The position numbers and the translations under genes were made by a program. Under the pieces are notes generated by a model. It was not told where the DNA came from and ran no database searches. It saw only the letters and a list, made by a program, of their open reading frames with translations. Of a stretch of 64,000 nucleotides of DNA, positions 1 through 8,935 are shown piece by piece. The DNA is from Planctomycetia bacterium (GTDB lineage Bacteria > Planctomycetota > UBA1135 > UBA2386). The DNA lies in contig SXPB01000034.1 in NCBI GenBank assembly GCA_005776475.1, forward strand, positions 3,380 to 67,379, written 5' to 3'. Position 1 is the stretch's first letter. The number at the start of each line of letters is the position of its first letter.

Positions 1-681
1 GACGGCGGCGAACGACCACCACCCCAGACGGGACAGTGGGGCGGCGAGTTGCGCTGCGGTCGTCGACAGCGGTTCGGCCTCCACGAAGCGCGCCGCGTCG
101 GCGGCGTTCGCGGCCAGGGTCTTGGCATCGAGCCGCGACGCGAACGCTGCCGCGAGTCCGATCGGCAACGCGGCGCGCAAGCGATCGAGTGCCCGTTCCA
201 TCTGCTTGCGCACGGTTGCCGCGGGACGCTCGAGGCGAGCCGAGATCTCGGCGCTGTCGAGCCCGGCTTCGAGGTGCAGCGACAACACGCTGCGATACGG
301 TTCGGGCAGACCGGCGATGCCGTTCGTGAGGGCCTGCCGCAGTTCGGAGTGCAGCGCGGCGTCGGCGGGATCCTCGACCGCCAGTACCGGTGCCGCTGGC
401 GCGCTGCGGCGTTCGGCGCGGCGCAGCATGCGGGCGTGGTTGGTGAGGATGCCGCACAACCAGCTCATCACGCGGTTGCCGGCATGAAACGTCTCGGCGC
501 GCGCGATGGCACTCAAGAACGTCGCCTGCACCAGGTCTTCGGCGTCGCTGGGGCGCGGCGCCAGGAACACGGCGAGGCGCAGCAGTTCGTCGGCGCGTCG
601 ATGGAACAACTCACCGAGCGCCTGGCAGTCGCGTTGGTCCTGGAACGCGGCGAACAGAGCTTCGTCGCTGCGGTGCGGCAT
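1..681 (-). CDS. ECF-type RNA polymerase sigma factor; its 3' end runs off the left edge of the window
   Basis: Absent from the ORF track because there is no stop inside the window. My reverse translation from the ATG at 681..679 gives MPHRSDEALFAAFQDQRDCQALGELFHRRADELLRLAVFL..DAEDLVQATFLSAIARAETF (region-2-like), then LPEPYRSVLSLHLEAGLDSAEISARLERPAATVRKQMERALDRLR (region-4 HTH-like). At least 55 more codons follow (..AAQLAAPLSRLGWWSFAAV), open to position 1. Confidence 0.8.
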   Translation of the reverse strand, partial: MPHRSDEALFAAFQDQRDCQALGELFHRRADELLRLAVFLAPRPSDAEDLVQATFLSAIARAETFHAGNRVMSWLCGILTNHARMLRRAERRSAPAAPVLAVEDPADAALHSELRQALTNGIAGLPEPYRSVLSLHLEAGLDSAEISARLERPAATVRKQMERALDRLRAALPIGLAAAFASRLDAKTLAANAADAARFVEAEPLSTTAAQLAAPLSRLGWWSFAAV

Positions 682-898
682 GGCGGGACAGGAAGGAGCG
701 AATGCACGCTAGCCGCTCCCGGCAGCGTGGCAAGGCCCACGGACAAGGGCTCCTGGAGCCGCTGGGGGGGCAGCCTCGCAGTGCTGCCAGCCAAGGCCGG
801 GGAATCTGCGCCGACGTGTCACGCTCGCATGCGTCTGCGCATAGGAACGGCACAATCGCACCGTTCCTCAGCGGCCCTGTCGTTCGTTTCGCCATCCC

Positions 899-2437
899 AT
901 GACCATCGTGCGCAACCTCGTCGTCGCGGCCCTCACCGCGTTCCCCGTCCTCGCCCAAGCCGGCAACGAAGTGATCTTCGTCGGCACCTCGACCAGCGGC
1001 TCGACGGACAACAGCGCGTTCGTCGGATCGGGCACCGGCAGCTTGCTGTGGATGGGGCCGAGCCCGAACACCAACAACGTCACCGACGCCGTGTGGGCGG
1101 ACACCGGCCGCACCGTCTACTGCGCGCAGTCGCTGGGCAACCAGGTTTCGCGGGCGGCATGGAACGGCAGCTCGCCGGCCTGGTCGACCTTCTACAGCGC
1201 GCCTGGGTCGTGTTACGGCCTAGGGCTCGATGCCGGTCGCAAGCGACTGTGGGTGCTGACCGGCGCCAGCGGTTCGCGCGAACTGCATTGCCTCGACGCC
1301 GACCTGCTGAGTCCGGGCTACGGCACCTTGCTGGCGCAGACCACGGTGCTCGGCACGGCGTCGCGGGAACGCTGGGGGCTGTCGCCATCGGGCAACCTCG
1401 CCGCCGTGCCGCACGTGTTCATCAACAGTGGCCTGTTCGAAGTGGTCGACACCGACCCGACCAGCCCGACCTTCCTGCAGGTCCTCGTGTCGACACCGGT
1501 GCCCGGGGCCTCGGCGGCGGGGTTTGCCTTCGTCAGCGACTGCCGCATTTCGATCGACGACGCCTATGCCTACGTGCTCTACGCCGGACTGGGCACCGGC
1601 GCCCTGGCCGTGTTCCAGTTCGCGACGCAGAGCTGGCTCGACTTCGGTGCCGCCTCTGGCCAGCAGGACATGGCGGTCGGAGTGACGGTGCCGAATGGCA
1701 TGGCCCTGGCGCTCGATCGCAGCTTCGCGTTGGTCGCCGGTGGTGGCAGCGTGACCGGCGTTGCGCGCATCGACTTCGACTACGCGACGCCGGCGAACTC
1801 GACGGTGACGATGTTCGGCAGCATCAGCGCGCCGAACTGCAACGGCATCTCGCTGTCGCCGGAGGGCACCCGCGCCTGCGTGACCTCGACGCCCGCTTCG
1901 GTGGCGCCGCCGGGAACACTGCACGTGTTCGACGCGACGACGGGCGTCGTGCTGCAGACGGTGGCGCTGGGGAACATGTGGAACATCTACACGACCGCCT
2001 GGCAGGAGGCGTCGCCGACGGCCACCTTCGTCCCGTTCGGCGCGGGCTGCAGTGGCGCCCTGGGTGTGCCCCAGCTCGCGGCGGCGGCCGGTTCGCGGCC
2101 GGCGCTCGGCACCAATTTCGTCGCCGAAGCGAGCAATCTGCCGTTCGGCATCGCCCTGCTGAACCTCGGTCTGTCGAGCACCCAGACAAGTGGCAGCGTG
2201 CCGCTGCCGCTCGATCTCGGCTTCCTCGGCATGCCCGGTTGCGCGCTGTTGGTCGACCCCATGATCAGCTACGCCTTGGTCGGTCCTGGCACGGTGGCGA
2301 CGTGGAATTGGTTCCTGCCGTCGTCGCCGACCCTGTTCGGCGCGGTGTTCTACGCCCAGGCTTTCGCCTTCGACCCGGCCGCGAACGCGTTCGGTTTCGC
2401 CGCCAGCAATGGCGCCGTCGGCACTCTCGGCTTCTGA
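899..2437 (+). CDS. Exported YVTN/YncE-like beta-propeller repeat protein carrying the shared C-terminal module
   Basis: 512-aa ORF with signal peptide MTIVRNLVVAALTAFPVLAQAG. Repeated blade-like segments (WGLSPSGNLAAV, VPNGMALALDRSFALVA, CNGISLSPEGTRACVTS). The C-terminal ~135 aa (nt 2027..2434: FGAGCSG..SVPLPLDL..GMPGCALLVD..FLPSSPTLFGAVFYAQAFAFDPAAN) resembles the C-termini of three other genes in this window. Confidence 0.7.
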   Translation: MTIVRNLVVAALTAFPVLAQAGNEVIFVGTSTSGSTDNSAFVGSGTGSLLWMGPSPNTNNVTDAVWADTGRTVYCAQSLGNQVSRAAWNGSSPAWSTFYSAPGSCYGLGLDAGRKRLWVLTGASGSRELHCLDADLLSPGYGTLLAQTTVLGTASRERWGLSPSGNLAAVPHVFINSGLFEVVDTDPTSPTFLQVLVSTPVPGASAAGFAFVSDCRISIDDAYAYVLYAGLGTGALAVFQFATQSWLDFGAASGQQDMAVGVTVPNGMALALDRSFALVAGGGSVTGVARIDFDYATPANSTVTMFGSISAPNCNGISLSPEGTRACVTSTPASVAPPGTLHVFDATTGVVLQTVALGNMWNIYTTAWQEASPTATFVPFGAGCSGALGVPQLAAAAGSRPALGTNFVAEASNLPFGIALLNLGLSSTQTSGSVPLPLDLGFLGMPGCALLVDPMISYALVGPGTVATWNWFLPSSPTLFGAVFYAQAFAFDPAANAFGFAASNGAVGTLGF

Positions 2438-2562
2438 AGTCGGACCCTGGCCGTGTGCCCCGGGCGGCGACATGGTTGCGGGAAGGGGGACCCGTCACTA
2501 CCCTTGCCCGGCGTCCCGTGCTCCCCCGGGGCCCAACCATTCCGCAAGGAGTCCGTTTCCAG

Positions 2563-2595
2563 ATGATGTTGTCGCAGAGGATTCATGTCCGGTAG
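2563..2595 (+). promoter_or_regulatory. Candidate 10-codon upstream mini-ORF (MMLSQRIHVR) overlapping the infC start
   Basis: AAGGAG at 2546..2551, then ATGATG at 2563..2568 and a TAG at 2593..2595. The infC ATG at 2585 lies inside this mini-ORF in another frame. Confidence 0.25.
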
Positions 2596-3130
2596 GCCTG
2601 ACTCGCGCCGTCCCCCGATGTCGCAGGATCGTGGCCCGCGCATCAACCACCACATCCGCATTCGCCAGGTCCGCGTCATCGACGAGGACAACAAGCAGCT
2701 CGGCATCATGGAGACAGCCGATGCCCTTGCCCTGGCATTGCACAAGCAGCTCGACCTCGTCGAGATCGCCCCGAACCAGCGGCCGCCCGTGTGCCGCATC
2801 ATGGACTTCGGGAAGTACAAGTACGAGGAGAAGAAGAAGGAGCAGGCCAGCCGCAGGAAGCAGCACCAGGTCCAGATCAAGGAACTGCGCGTGCGTCCCG
2901 GCACCGGCGATCACGACCTGCAGGTCAAGATCCGCCAGGCGCGCCAATTCTTCGCCGACGGCGACAAGGTGCTCGTCTGTTGTCTGTTCCGCGGTCGCCA
3001 GATCGCGCACAAGGACGTCGGCGAGCAGGTCATCCAGGAAGTGGTGAAGGAACTCGCCGACATCGCCAAGGTCGAGGCGGGCATTCGCGTCGAGGGCAAG
3101 CGCATGGTGCTGCTGCTCGGCAAGAAGTAG
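2585..3130 (+). CDS. infC: Translation initiation factor IF-3
   Basis: RINHHIRIRQVRVIDEDNKQLGIMETADALALA..DLVEIAPNQRPPVCRIMDFGKYKYEEKKK..KELRVRPGTGDHDLQVK is the typical IF-3 N- and C-domain pattern. GAGG lies 4-5 nt upstream of the ATG at 2585. An alternative in-frame ATG is at 2618. Confidence 0.92.
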   Translation: MSGRPDSRRPPMSQDRGPRINHHIRIRQVRVIDEDNKQLGIMETADALALALHKQLDLVEIAPNQRPPVCRIMDFGKYKYEEKKKEQASRRKQHQVQIKELRVRPGTGDHDLQVKIRQARQFFADGDKVLVCCLFRGRQIAHKDVGEQVIQEVVKELADIAKVEAGIRVEGKRMVLLLGKK

Positions 3131-3182
3131 CACCCGTGGTCCACGGCTTGCCCATCGTCACAGCCGAGCTGCTGTCGCCACG

Positions 3183-3809
3183 GTGACCGGCATGCCGTTG
3201 TCGTTGCGAGTACTGCTGGTGTTCGCAACGGCCTTCGTCTGTGGCGTCGCGTTGTGGGGTGACAACGCGGCCCACGCCGCCAGCACCGATGCCGAACGCG
3301 CCGCGGCCGCTGCGGCCGCATCGGCGATCGCCGCCGCGGCGGATCTGCCTGCCCTCGTCGAAGGGGATCTCGTGCGGGCGGTGCTGGCCATGGCGCCGGC
3401 GCAACGCGCGGACCTGGTCGTGGATGAGTTCGTCACCACGGCAGTGCTGTTCGCGCGCGCGGCGCCGCCGGCGGCGATCAGCCATGGTGGTGGGGTCGCG
3501 CTCGCGCAGCTCGACCAAGATCTGGCGAAGCTCGTGCAGCAGTCGTTCGCGCAGGCGGCGACGTACGCGGCTTCGCGCCGCAGTCGAGCCGACGAAGTGC
3601 CGCCGGAGTTGCCGGGCTCGGCGCTGTTCGCGATCGCCGGCGATCTGCACGGCAAGGGTGACTTCTACCTGCGTTGGCACACGGCGACGTTCGTGTGCGA
3701 ATGGGTGCGTCTGGGCGATGGTGCGGTGTTCGCGCGCTGGCGCGACTTCGTCGCCGATGCGGCGCAGCCGTGGTTGCGCGACGAATTGGGCGCCGGGCTG
3801 CGGCGCTGA
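3183..3809 (+). CDS. Hypothetical exported protein
   Basis: 208-aa ORF with an N-terminal hydrophobic signal-like segment (LSLRVLLVFATAFVCGVALWG). I recognise no family. Confidence 0.5.
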   Translation: MTGMPLSLRVLLVFATAFVCGVALWGDNAAHAASTDAERAAAAAAASAIAAAADLPALVEGDLVRAVLAMAPAQRADLVVDEFVTTAVLFARAAPPAAISHGGGVALAQLDQDLAKLVQQSFAQAATYAASRRSRADEVPPELPGSALFAIAGDLHGKGDFYLRWHTATFVCEWVRLGDGAVFARWRDFVADAAQPWLRDELGAGLRR

Positions 3810-3816
3810 TGCCGAG

Positions 3817-4431
3817 TCAGGCGTGCGCGACCAGCTGCCGCTGCACGAACTCGCGCGCCACCGCCATCGCGTGCGCGAAGTGGCCGGCCCGGGTGCAGCC
3901 GCTGGCTTTGCGTGGCACCAGCGAATGGTCGCCATCGGCGAACCACTCGACGGTGATCGTCGGCGCCAGCGGGTAGAGCGCGACTTCCGCGCGGCTGCCG
4001 AACTCGTCGCGGTCCCCTTGCAACACCAGCGTTGGCGTGCGCAGCGTCGCCAGGTGCTCGGTGCGCAACTGGGTCGGCTTTGCCGGCGGATGGAACGGAT
4101 AGCCGAACACGACGCAGGCCTTGGCGCCGAGTTCGTCGGCCAGCATGGTGGCAACGCGACCGCCCATCGACTTGCCGGCCAGCACGAACGGGCCGCGCAC
4201 GTGGTCGCGGACGACGGCGCGCAGCGTGTCCTGCAGCACCGGCATGCGGTCGGGTACCCGCCGGTTCTCGGTGCGGTACGGAAAGTCGAAGCGCACGACC
4301 CGCAGTCCGCCGGCGGCGAGTTCGCGGGCGACATCGGCGAGGAACGGATGCGTCATGCCGGCACCCGCACCGTGCGCCAGCACCACGGTGCCGGTTGCCG
4401 TGATGGGGCCGTCGTGCAGCACTGCGATCAT
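3817..4431 (-). CDS. Alpha/beta-fold hydrolase (KANL3/Tex30-like, dienelactone-hydrolase-like)
   Basis: This is the C-terminal 204 aa of track ORF 3817..5253: MIAVLHDGPITATGTVVLAHGAGAGMTHPF..FVLAGKSMGGRVA (nucleophile elbow GxSxG)..LVLQGDRDEFG..GDHSL. The ATG at 4431 overlaps the upstream stop as ATGA. Confidence 0.8.
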   Translation of the reverse strand: MIAVLHDGPITATGTVVLAHGAGAGMTHPFLADVARELAAGGLRVVRFDFPYRTENRRVPDRMPVLQDTLRAVVRDHVRGPFVLAGKSMGGRVATMLADELGAKACVVFGYPFHPPAKPTQLRTEHLATLRTPTLVLQGDRDEFGSRAEVALYPLAPTITVEWFADGDHSLVPRKASGCTRAGHFAHAMAVAREFVQRQLVAHA

Positions 4432-5099
4432 CGCGGCTTCAGCCGGCCCTGTTCGTCGACCGGACCGACGATGACGAGGGTTTCCGGCCAGAAGGTCACG
4501 CGCGGCTTCAGGATCAGCGAATCGGGGAACATCGCGCGCAGCTGCGCCGCCGTCAGCAGTTGCACGTCGGAGTAGTTGTTGCCGCTTTTGTAGCGCCGCT
4601 GGATGTGGTCGTAGCCCCAGAGCTTCGCCGCCTTCCACATCAGCCGCGGCGGCAGCCACGAGATGAACGGCATGCGCACGTGGAACTCGAACGGATACCA
4701 CCGGTTCGGCGTCGTCAGGAACCACGACTTGCCGACGCGGCGAACTTCGTCGGCCATGCGCCGCTGGTCCTTCAGGTCGCCGACGTGCTCGATCACCGCA
4801 TTGCTGTAGACGATGTCGAACTCGCGATCGCGGAACGGCATCTGCCGCGCGTCGGCGAGCACGGTGTGCACGCCGGGATAGGCCGCGGCGATCGCCTGCA
4901 GGTGGGCCGGCATGATGTTGGCGGCGGTGATCTTGCTGCGGTCGGGGAATCGCTCGAGCACCTGGCGGCTGTGCTGGTCGACTTCGCTGCCGATGTCGAG
5001 AATGCGCTCGTCGCCGCGCAGCGGCAGCCACTTCTGCAACAGATCCATCTTGATCCGCCGCGAGCGTTGCGAGAGCCGGTTGAAGAGACGTGTGATCAC
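4428..5099 (-). CDS. Class I SAM-dependent methyltransferase
   Basis: The 223-aa ORF has a short-methyltransferase layout (RILDIGSEVD..FDIVYSNAVIEHVGD). It is translationally coupled to the downstream hydrolase. Confidence 0.75.
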   Translation of the reverse strand: MITRLFNRLSQRSRRIKMDLLQKWLPLRGDERILDIGSEVDQHSRQVLERFPDRSKITAANIMPAHLQAIAAAYPGVHTVLADARQMPFRDREFDIVYSNAVIEHVGDLKDQRRMADEVRRVGKSWFLTTPNRWYPFEFHVRMPFISWLPPRLMWKAAKLWGYDHIQRRYKSGNNYSDVQLLTAAQLRAMFPDSLILKPRVTFWPETLVIVGPVDEQGRLKPR

Positions 5100-5113
5100 G
5101 GCGGTGGGGTTGG

Positions 5114-5533
5114 CTACTTTCGGCGCGGGCGGAACAGGAACGTGAAGGTGCCTTTGGCGACGAGGCGCCCGTCCTGCAGCACCTCACTCTCGCACACGGC
5201 CAGGGTGCGGCCAATGCGCAGTGGGATCGCGACCGCCCGCAGCGGGCCGCCATCGAGCGTGCCGGCGGCGAGGAACTGCATGCTGCAACCGGTTCCCGTG
5301 ATGGCCTGGGTGGGACCCAGGTCGGGCCACAACAGCCACACCGCGGCGGTATCGGCGAGCGCAGTCAGGATGCCGCCCTGCACCACACCTTCCTCCTGCA
5401 GCAGTTCGGGGCGCACCGGCAGTTCCAGTTCGACGCGCTGCGGCGAACGGTGCACCAGACGCAGGCCCAGCCAGCGGTTGCACGGCGTTGCAGCGAAGGT
5501 CGACGAGGGATCCACGGACGGCGACGCTAACAT
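5114..5533 (-). CDS. PaaI-family (hotdog-fold) thioesterase
   Basis: This is the C-terminal 139 aa of track ORF 5114..5941: NRWLGLRLVH..VELELPVRPELLQEEGVVQGGILTALADTAAV..VCESEVLQDGRLVAKGTFTF. The ATG is at 5533. Confidence 0.8.
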   Translation of the reverse strand: MLASPSVDPSSTFAATPCNRWLGLRLVHRSPQRVELELPVRPELLQEEGVVQGGILTALADTAAVWLLWPDLGPTQAITGTGCSMQFLAAGTLDGGPLRAVAIPLRIGRTLAVCESEVLQDGRLVAKGTFTFLFRPRRK

Positions 5534-5568
5534 CGCCGAACCGTCGTCGTCCAGCGTGCCCAGCGAGC

Positions 5569-6762
5569 GTGCGAGCCTTCCTGCGTGACCATCGCGATCG
5601 CCTCGGCGTCGCCCTGTGCCTGTTGCCACCGGCCGTTCTGGTCGTGGCGCCGCATCCGGTGACGGTGGCCCTGACCACCTGGTGGATCGGCAACACCGTC
5701 GCGCACCATGCGGTGCACCGGCGGTTGTTCGTGGAGAGTCGCTGGGAGGCGGCGTTCTCGATCGTCTGCTCGCTGTTGCTCGGCGTGCCGCAGGAACTGT
5801 GGCGCGTGAGCCATCGGGCGCACCATGCCGGCATCGCGGTGCGGTGGCGCACCTGCCGCGGCGGCTTGCTGGCCGCGCAAGTGGCGGCCCTGGTCGGGTT
5901 GGCCACGTTGTCGTGGCTGGGCTGCATGCCGCTCGGGCCATTGCAGTACGCCGCGGGACTGGGCCTTGGTCTCGTGCTCGCGTTCGTGCACGGACACTAC
6001 GAACATCGCGGCGGCGTCACCGACGTGCGGGCGCGCTGGTGGAACGTGTGGATGCTGAACGACGGTTTCCACGCGGCCCACCATCGGCACCCGTCGCGGC
6101 ATTGGCGCGAGTTGCCGGCAGTGCCGGTCACCGCCGTGCACACGAGTTGCTTGCCGCCGCCGTTGCGCTGGTTGTCGTGGTTCGCCTCGACGCGGTGGCT
6201 CGACGTCGCCGAACGAGTGCTGCTGCACTGCGCGTGGTTGCAGCGGCCGGTGCTGTCGGCGCACCGCCGGGCGCTGCGGCGCGTGCTTGCCGACGTACCT
6301 GCACCCGCACGGGTCCTGGTCGTCGGCGGCGGCTTGTTCCCGCGCTCGGCGATCTTGCTGCGCGAACTCTGGCCCGCCGCGAGAATCACGGTGCTCGATG
6401 CCAGCGTCGCGCATTTGCAGCGCAGTCGCCCGTGGTTGCCGGCGGGCGTCACCGTGCAGGCAGGTCGCTTCCCGGAATGCCAGGAACGTGGCCACGATCT
6501 CGTCGTGCTGCCGTTGGCGCTGCGCGGCGATCGCGCTGCGGCGGTGGCGGCAGCGCATGCCGCGGGAGCCCGCAACGTGGTGGTGCACGACTGGCTCTGG
6601 TGCAGTCCGCCGCATGCTCGCCGCGTCGCGCTCTGGTTGGCGAAGAGCGTGTGGTTGTCGCCGGCGCCGCTGCCGCGGGCCGTCCCGGCCGCGGCCCACA
6701 CCTGGTCCACGAGCGCCGCGCCGCAGACGGGTCTGCATGGTCCGCAGGGGAAGTCGGCGTGA
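5569..6762 (+). CDS. Membrane fatty-acid desaturase/hydroxylase-family domain fused to a C-terminal Rossmann-like (methyltransferase/NAS-like) domain
   Basis: Three His boxes in the canonical order: AHHAVH, SHRAHH, and FHAAHHRHPSRHWRELP. The C-terminal half contains ARVLVVGGGLFPRSAILLRELWPAARITVLDAS..HDLVVLPLAL. I placed the start at GTG 5569 to avoid a 5' overlap with the divergent thioesterase; the track start is ATG 5488. Confidence 0.7.
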   Translation: MRAFLRDHRDRLGVALCLLPPAVLVVAPHPVTVALTTWWIGNTVAHHAVHRRLFVESRWEAAFSIVCSLLLGVPQELWRVSHRAHHAGIAVRWRTCRGGLLAAQVAALVGLATLSWLGCMPLGPLQYAAGLGLGLVLAFVHGHYEHRGGVTDVRARWWNVWMLNDGFHAAHHRHPSRHWRELPAVPVTAVHTSCLPPPLRWLSWFASTRWLDVAERVLLHCAWLQRPVLSAHRRALRRVLADVPAPARVLVVGGGLFPRSAILLRELWPAARITVLDASVAHLQRSRPWLPAGVTVQAGRFPECQERGHDLVVLPLALRGDRAAAVAAAHAAGARNVVVHDWLWCSPPHARRVALWLAKSVWLSPAPLPRAVPAAAHTWSTSAAPQTGLHGPQGKSA

Positions 6763-7679
6763 ACGGCGGCTGGCCTGAGTTCGTGCGCGGGGTGCAGCCG
6801 GGAGGCGGGTTCGCGGTCCGCGTGATGGCGTGGGTCGGGCGCTGGCGGCGAGGTTGGCTGCGCCGATTCCGGCCGCGCTACGTGGCCGCGATGGCGGCGC
6901 TGCGCGACGGCGCCTGCCCTGGCTGTCCGCACGACGTGGTCGATGGGCGCGATGTGGTGTGGGTGCAGAACGTGTGCGGCATCCGCTTCCCGCCGCCGCA
7001 CCGGGTCTCGCCGTTCCGCGACCGGTTCGGCCTCGTGCGCCTGGGGCGACCGGAATTGCTGCTCGCGACGTGCGTCGGGGCCGTCGTCATCGCCACTGCG
7101 CTCGCGACCGTGCCGATGCTGGCGCTGTCCGGCGCGCTGCCGCCGCTGTTCGCCGCCTGGTTCTTTCGCGATCCGGAACGCTGCGCGCCGGCGTCGTCGC
7201 AGGCACTGCTCGCGCCTGCGGACGGCGTGCTCGACGACGTGCGGCGGGAAGCGTCCTGTCCGTTCTTCGCCGGGCCGGCGTGGCGACTTGGCATCTACCT
7301 CAGCGTGTTCGACGTGCACGTGCAGCGGGCGCCGATTGCCGGGCGCGTCGTCGCGGGCGACTACCGGCGCGGTCGCTGCGTGCCGACGAAGCGGCGTGGG
7401 CACACCGACGCCAACGAACAGGCGAACACGACCTTCGTCGACGACCACGGTACGCCGGTCACGGTGCGGCAACTGGCCGGCCCGTTCGCGAGCCGCATCG
7501 TCACCGTGGTGCGGGCCGGCGACGTCGTGCGGGCCGGCGATCGCTTCGGGCTCATCAAGTTCGGGTCGCGCTGCGAGCTGTTCGTGCCGGTCGATCGCGT
7601 GGCCGAGCTGCGCGTCGTGGTCGGCACTCGCGTGCGCGCGGGCGAGTCGGTGCTGGCCGAGTTCGTGCGGCAGCCGTGA
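6759..7679 (+). CDS. psd: Phosphatidylserine decarboxylase-related protein (short, archaeal-type Asd-like) with an N-terminal extension
   Basis: FFRDPER..LLAPADGVLDDV..GIYLSVFDVHVQRAPIAGRV..GDRFGLIKFGSRCELFVP (FGSR pro-enzyme cleavage-type motif). GTG 6759 overlaps the upstream TGA as GTGA. An alternative ATG is at 6825. Confidence 0.8.
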   Translation: MNGGWPEFVRGVQPGGGFAVRVMAWVGRWRRGWLRRFRPRYVAAMAALRDGACPGCPHDVVDGRDVVWVQNVCGIRFPPPHRVSPFRDRFGLVRLGRPELLLATCVGAVVIATALATVPMLALSGALPPLFAAWFFRDPERCAPASSQALLAPADGVLDDVRREASCPFFAGPAWRLGIYLSVFDVHVQRAPIAGRVVAGDYRRGRCVPTKRRGHTDANEQANTTFVDDHGTPVTVRQLAGPFASRIVTVVRAGDVVRAGDRFGLIKFGSRCELFVPVDRVAELRVVVGTRVRAGESVLAEFVRQP

Positions 7680-7680
7680 C

Positions 7681-8058
7681 TCAGTCCGTGGCCGGCGGGA
7701 ACGTGCCGATGCAGTGTTCGTGCACGACTTCGCCGCGCAGCAGATGGCGCTGCACGATCTGTTCGAGCACCGGCGGATCGCAGTCGCGGTACCACACGCC
7801 TTCGGGATAGACCACGGCGATCGGGCCGCCCGTGCACAGGCGCAGGCAGTTGGCCTTGGTGCGCTGCACGCCGCCGGCCTCGGACAGGCCGAGTTCCCGG
7901 AGTCGCGTCTTCAGGAAGTCCCAGGCGGCGAGGCCACGTTCCTTGTCGCAGCACTTCGGGTTCGTCTGGTCGGCGCACAAGAACAGGTGACGTCGAACCT
8001 GCGGCAGCCCGATCTTCGTGCACAGCGCCTGCTGCGCCGCGCGTTGTTCGTCGTTCAT
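7681..8058 (-). CDS. Thioredoxin-like [2Fe-2S] ferredoxin-family protein
   Basis: This is the C-terminal 125 aa of ORF 7681..8235: [37 protein letters not shown], a four-Cys pattern typical of this family. The ATG is at 8058. Confidence 0.7.
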   Translation of the reverse strand: MNDEQRAAQQALCTKIGLPQVRRHLFLCADQTNPKCCDKERGLAAWDFLKTRLRELGLSEAGGVQRTKANCLRLCTGGPIAVVYPEGVWYRDCDPPVLEQIVQRHLLRGEVVHEHCIGTFPPATD

Positions 8059-8164
8059 GGCGTGAGGATGGCACGGCGGGCGGCAACGGGCCATTGTCTG
8101 GTCGTTAACAACCGCGCCTGCAGCGGCGTCTCTGGCAACGCGGCTCGCAAACCGAGGAACCACG

Positions 8165-8935
8165 ATGATGAAGACCCTGTTGTGCTTGCTCCCCCTGGCC
8201 ATGTTCGGCGTGCTGCCGAGCGACCAAACCGGCATCTATGCAACGATTGCCGATGTGGTGCTGTTGCCCGACGCGCAACAGCCGGTGAGCGTGGAGTTGC
8301 GCGGCGCCTTCGCGGTGGCCGAAGGCCACCACGGCAGCCACTATCGGGCCCCGGTGCGCGGCGTGCTGCGTGCGCAGCTCGGCAGTGACAAGGAGGCGAC
8401 GCTGGCCGAATGGCGTGACCTGCAGAAGCAGGCCGGCAAGGGCACCGTGGTGTCGTTCGGTTCGCGCTACGACATGCACCGCGAGGGCGCGCTGCCGTTC
8501 CGCGTTGCCACCGACGACAAGCCGGCTGGCGAACTGCCGCGGTGGGTGCTCGGCGGCGTGCACGTGCTGCAGGGCGTCGAGTACGGCCCGGCGCGCGAAC
8601 TGGCGCTGTTGCCGGTGTGCCTGCCGGTCGACCTCGGCAACGAACGGCGCACGAGCAAGTTTCCCAGCCGCCGGGTCGTGTTCCAGTGCACCAACGCGGT
8701 GGCGGCCGACGCGGACCTGAAGTACCTGTTCCGCGTGGTGACCAGCGACGGCGAGCAGCACGCGAGCGGCCTCGTCGCTCCGGGCAAGGGCATCACGTCG
8801 TGGACCACCTCGTTGGCGCTGCAGGTCGGCGAGAAGGTCACGTGGTCGGTGCACGTGGTGGGCGCCAAGGTCGACAAGGCGCCGATCGCCGAAGCGGTGT
8901 TCACGGTGCCGGCCGCCGCCGTCGAGGGGCGATGA
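8165..8935 (+). CDS. Hypothetical exported protein
   Basis: 256-aa ORF with signal peptide [19 protein letters not shown]. It is coupled to the next gene by an ATGA overlap. Confidence 0.55.
   Translation: MMKTLLCLLPLAMFGVLPSDQTGIYATIADVVLLPDAQQPVSVELRGAFAVAEGHHGSHYRAPVRGVLRAQLGSDKEATLAEWRDLQKQAGKGTVVSFGSRYDMHREGALPFRVATDDKPAGELPRWVLGGVHVLQGVEYGPARELALLPVCLPVDLGNERRTSKFPSRRVVFQCTNAVAADADLKYLFRVVTSDGEQHASGLVAPGKGITSWTTSLALQVGEKVTWSVHVVGAKVDKAPIAEAVFTVPAAAVEGR

Noticed and set aside
49-2595. 848-aa plus-strand ORF spanning the sigma-factor and beta-propeller loci. The same applies to similar giant ORFs such as 19641..21812, 22701..25691, 27287..29557, 35155..37848 (N-terminal part), 47660..50572 (N-terminal part) and 53699..56779.
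   Set aside because: Their translations are Arg/Ala/Gly/Pro-rich low-complexity strings typical of off-frame reading in very GC-rich DNA. They overlap genes on other frames or strands that have clear family motifs. Where part of such an ORF is real, only the motif-bearing segment was kept.
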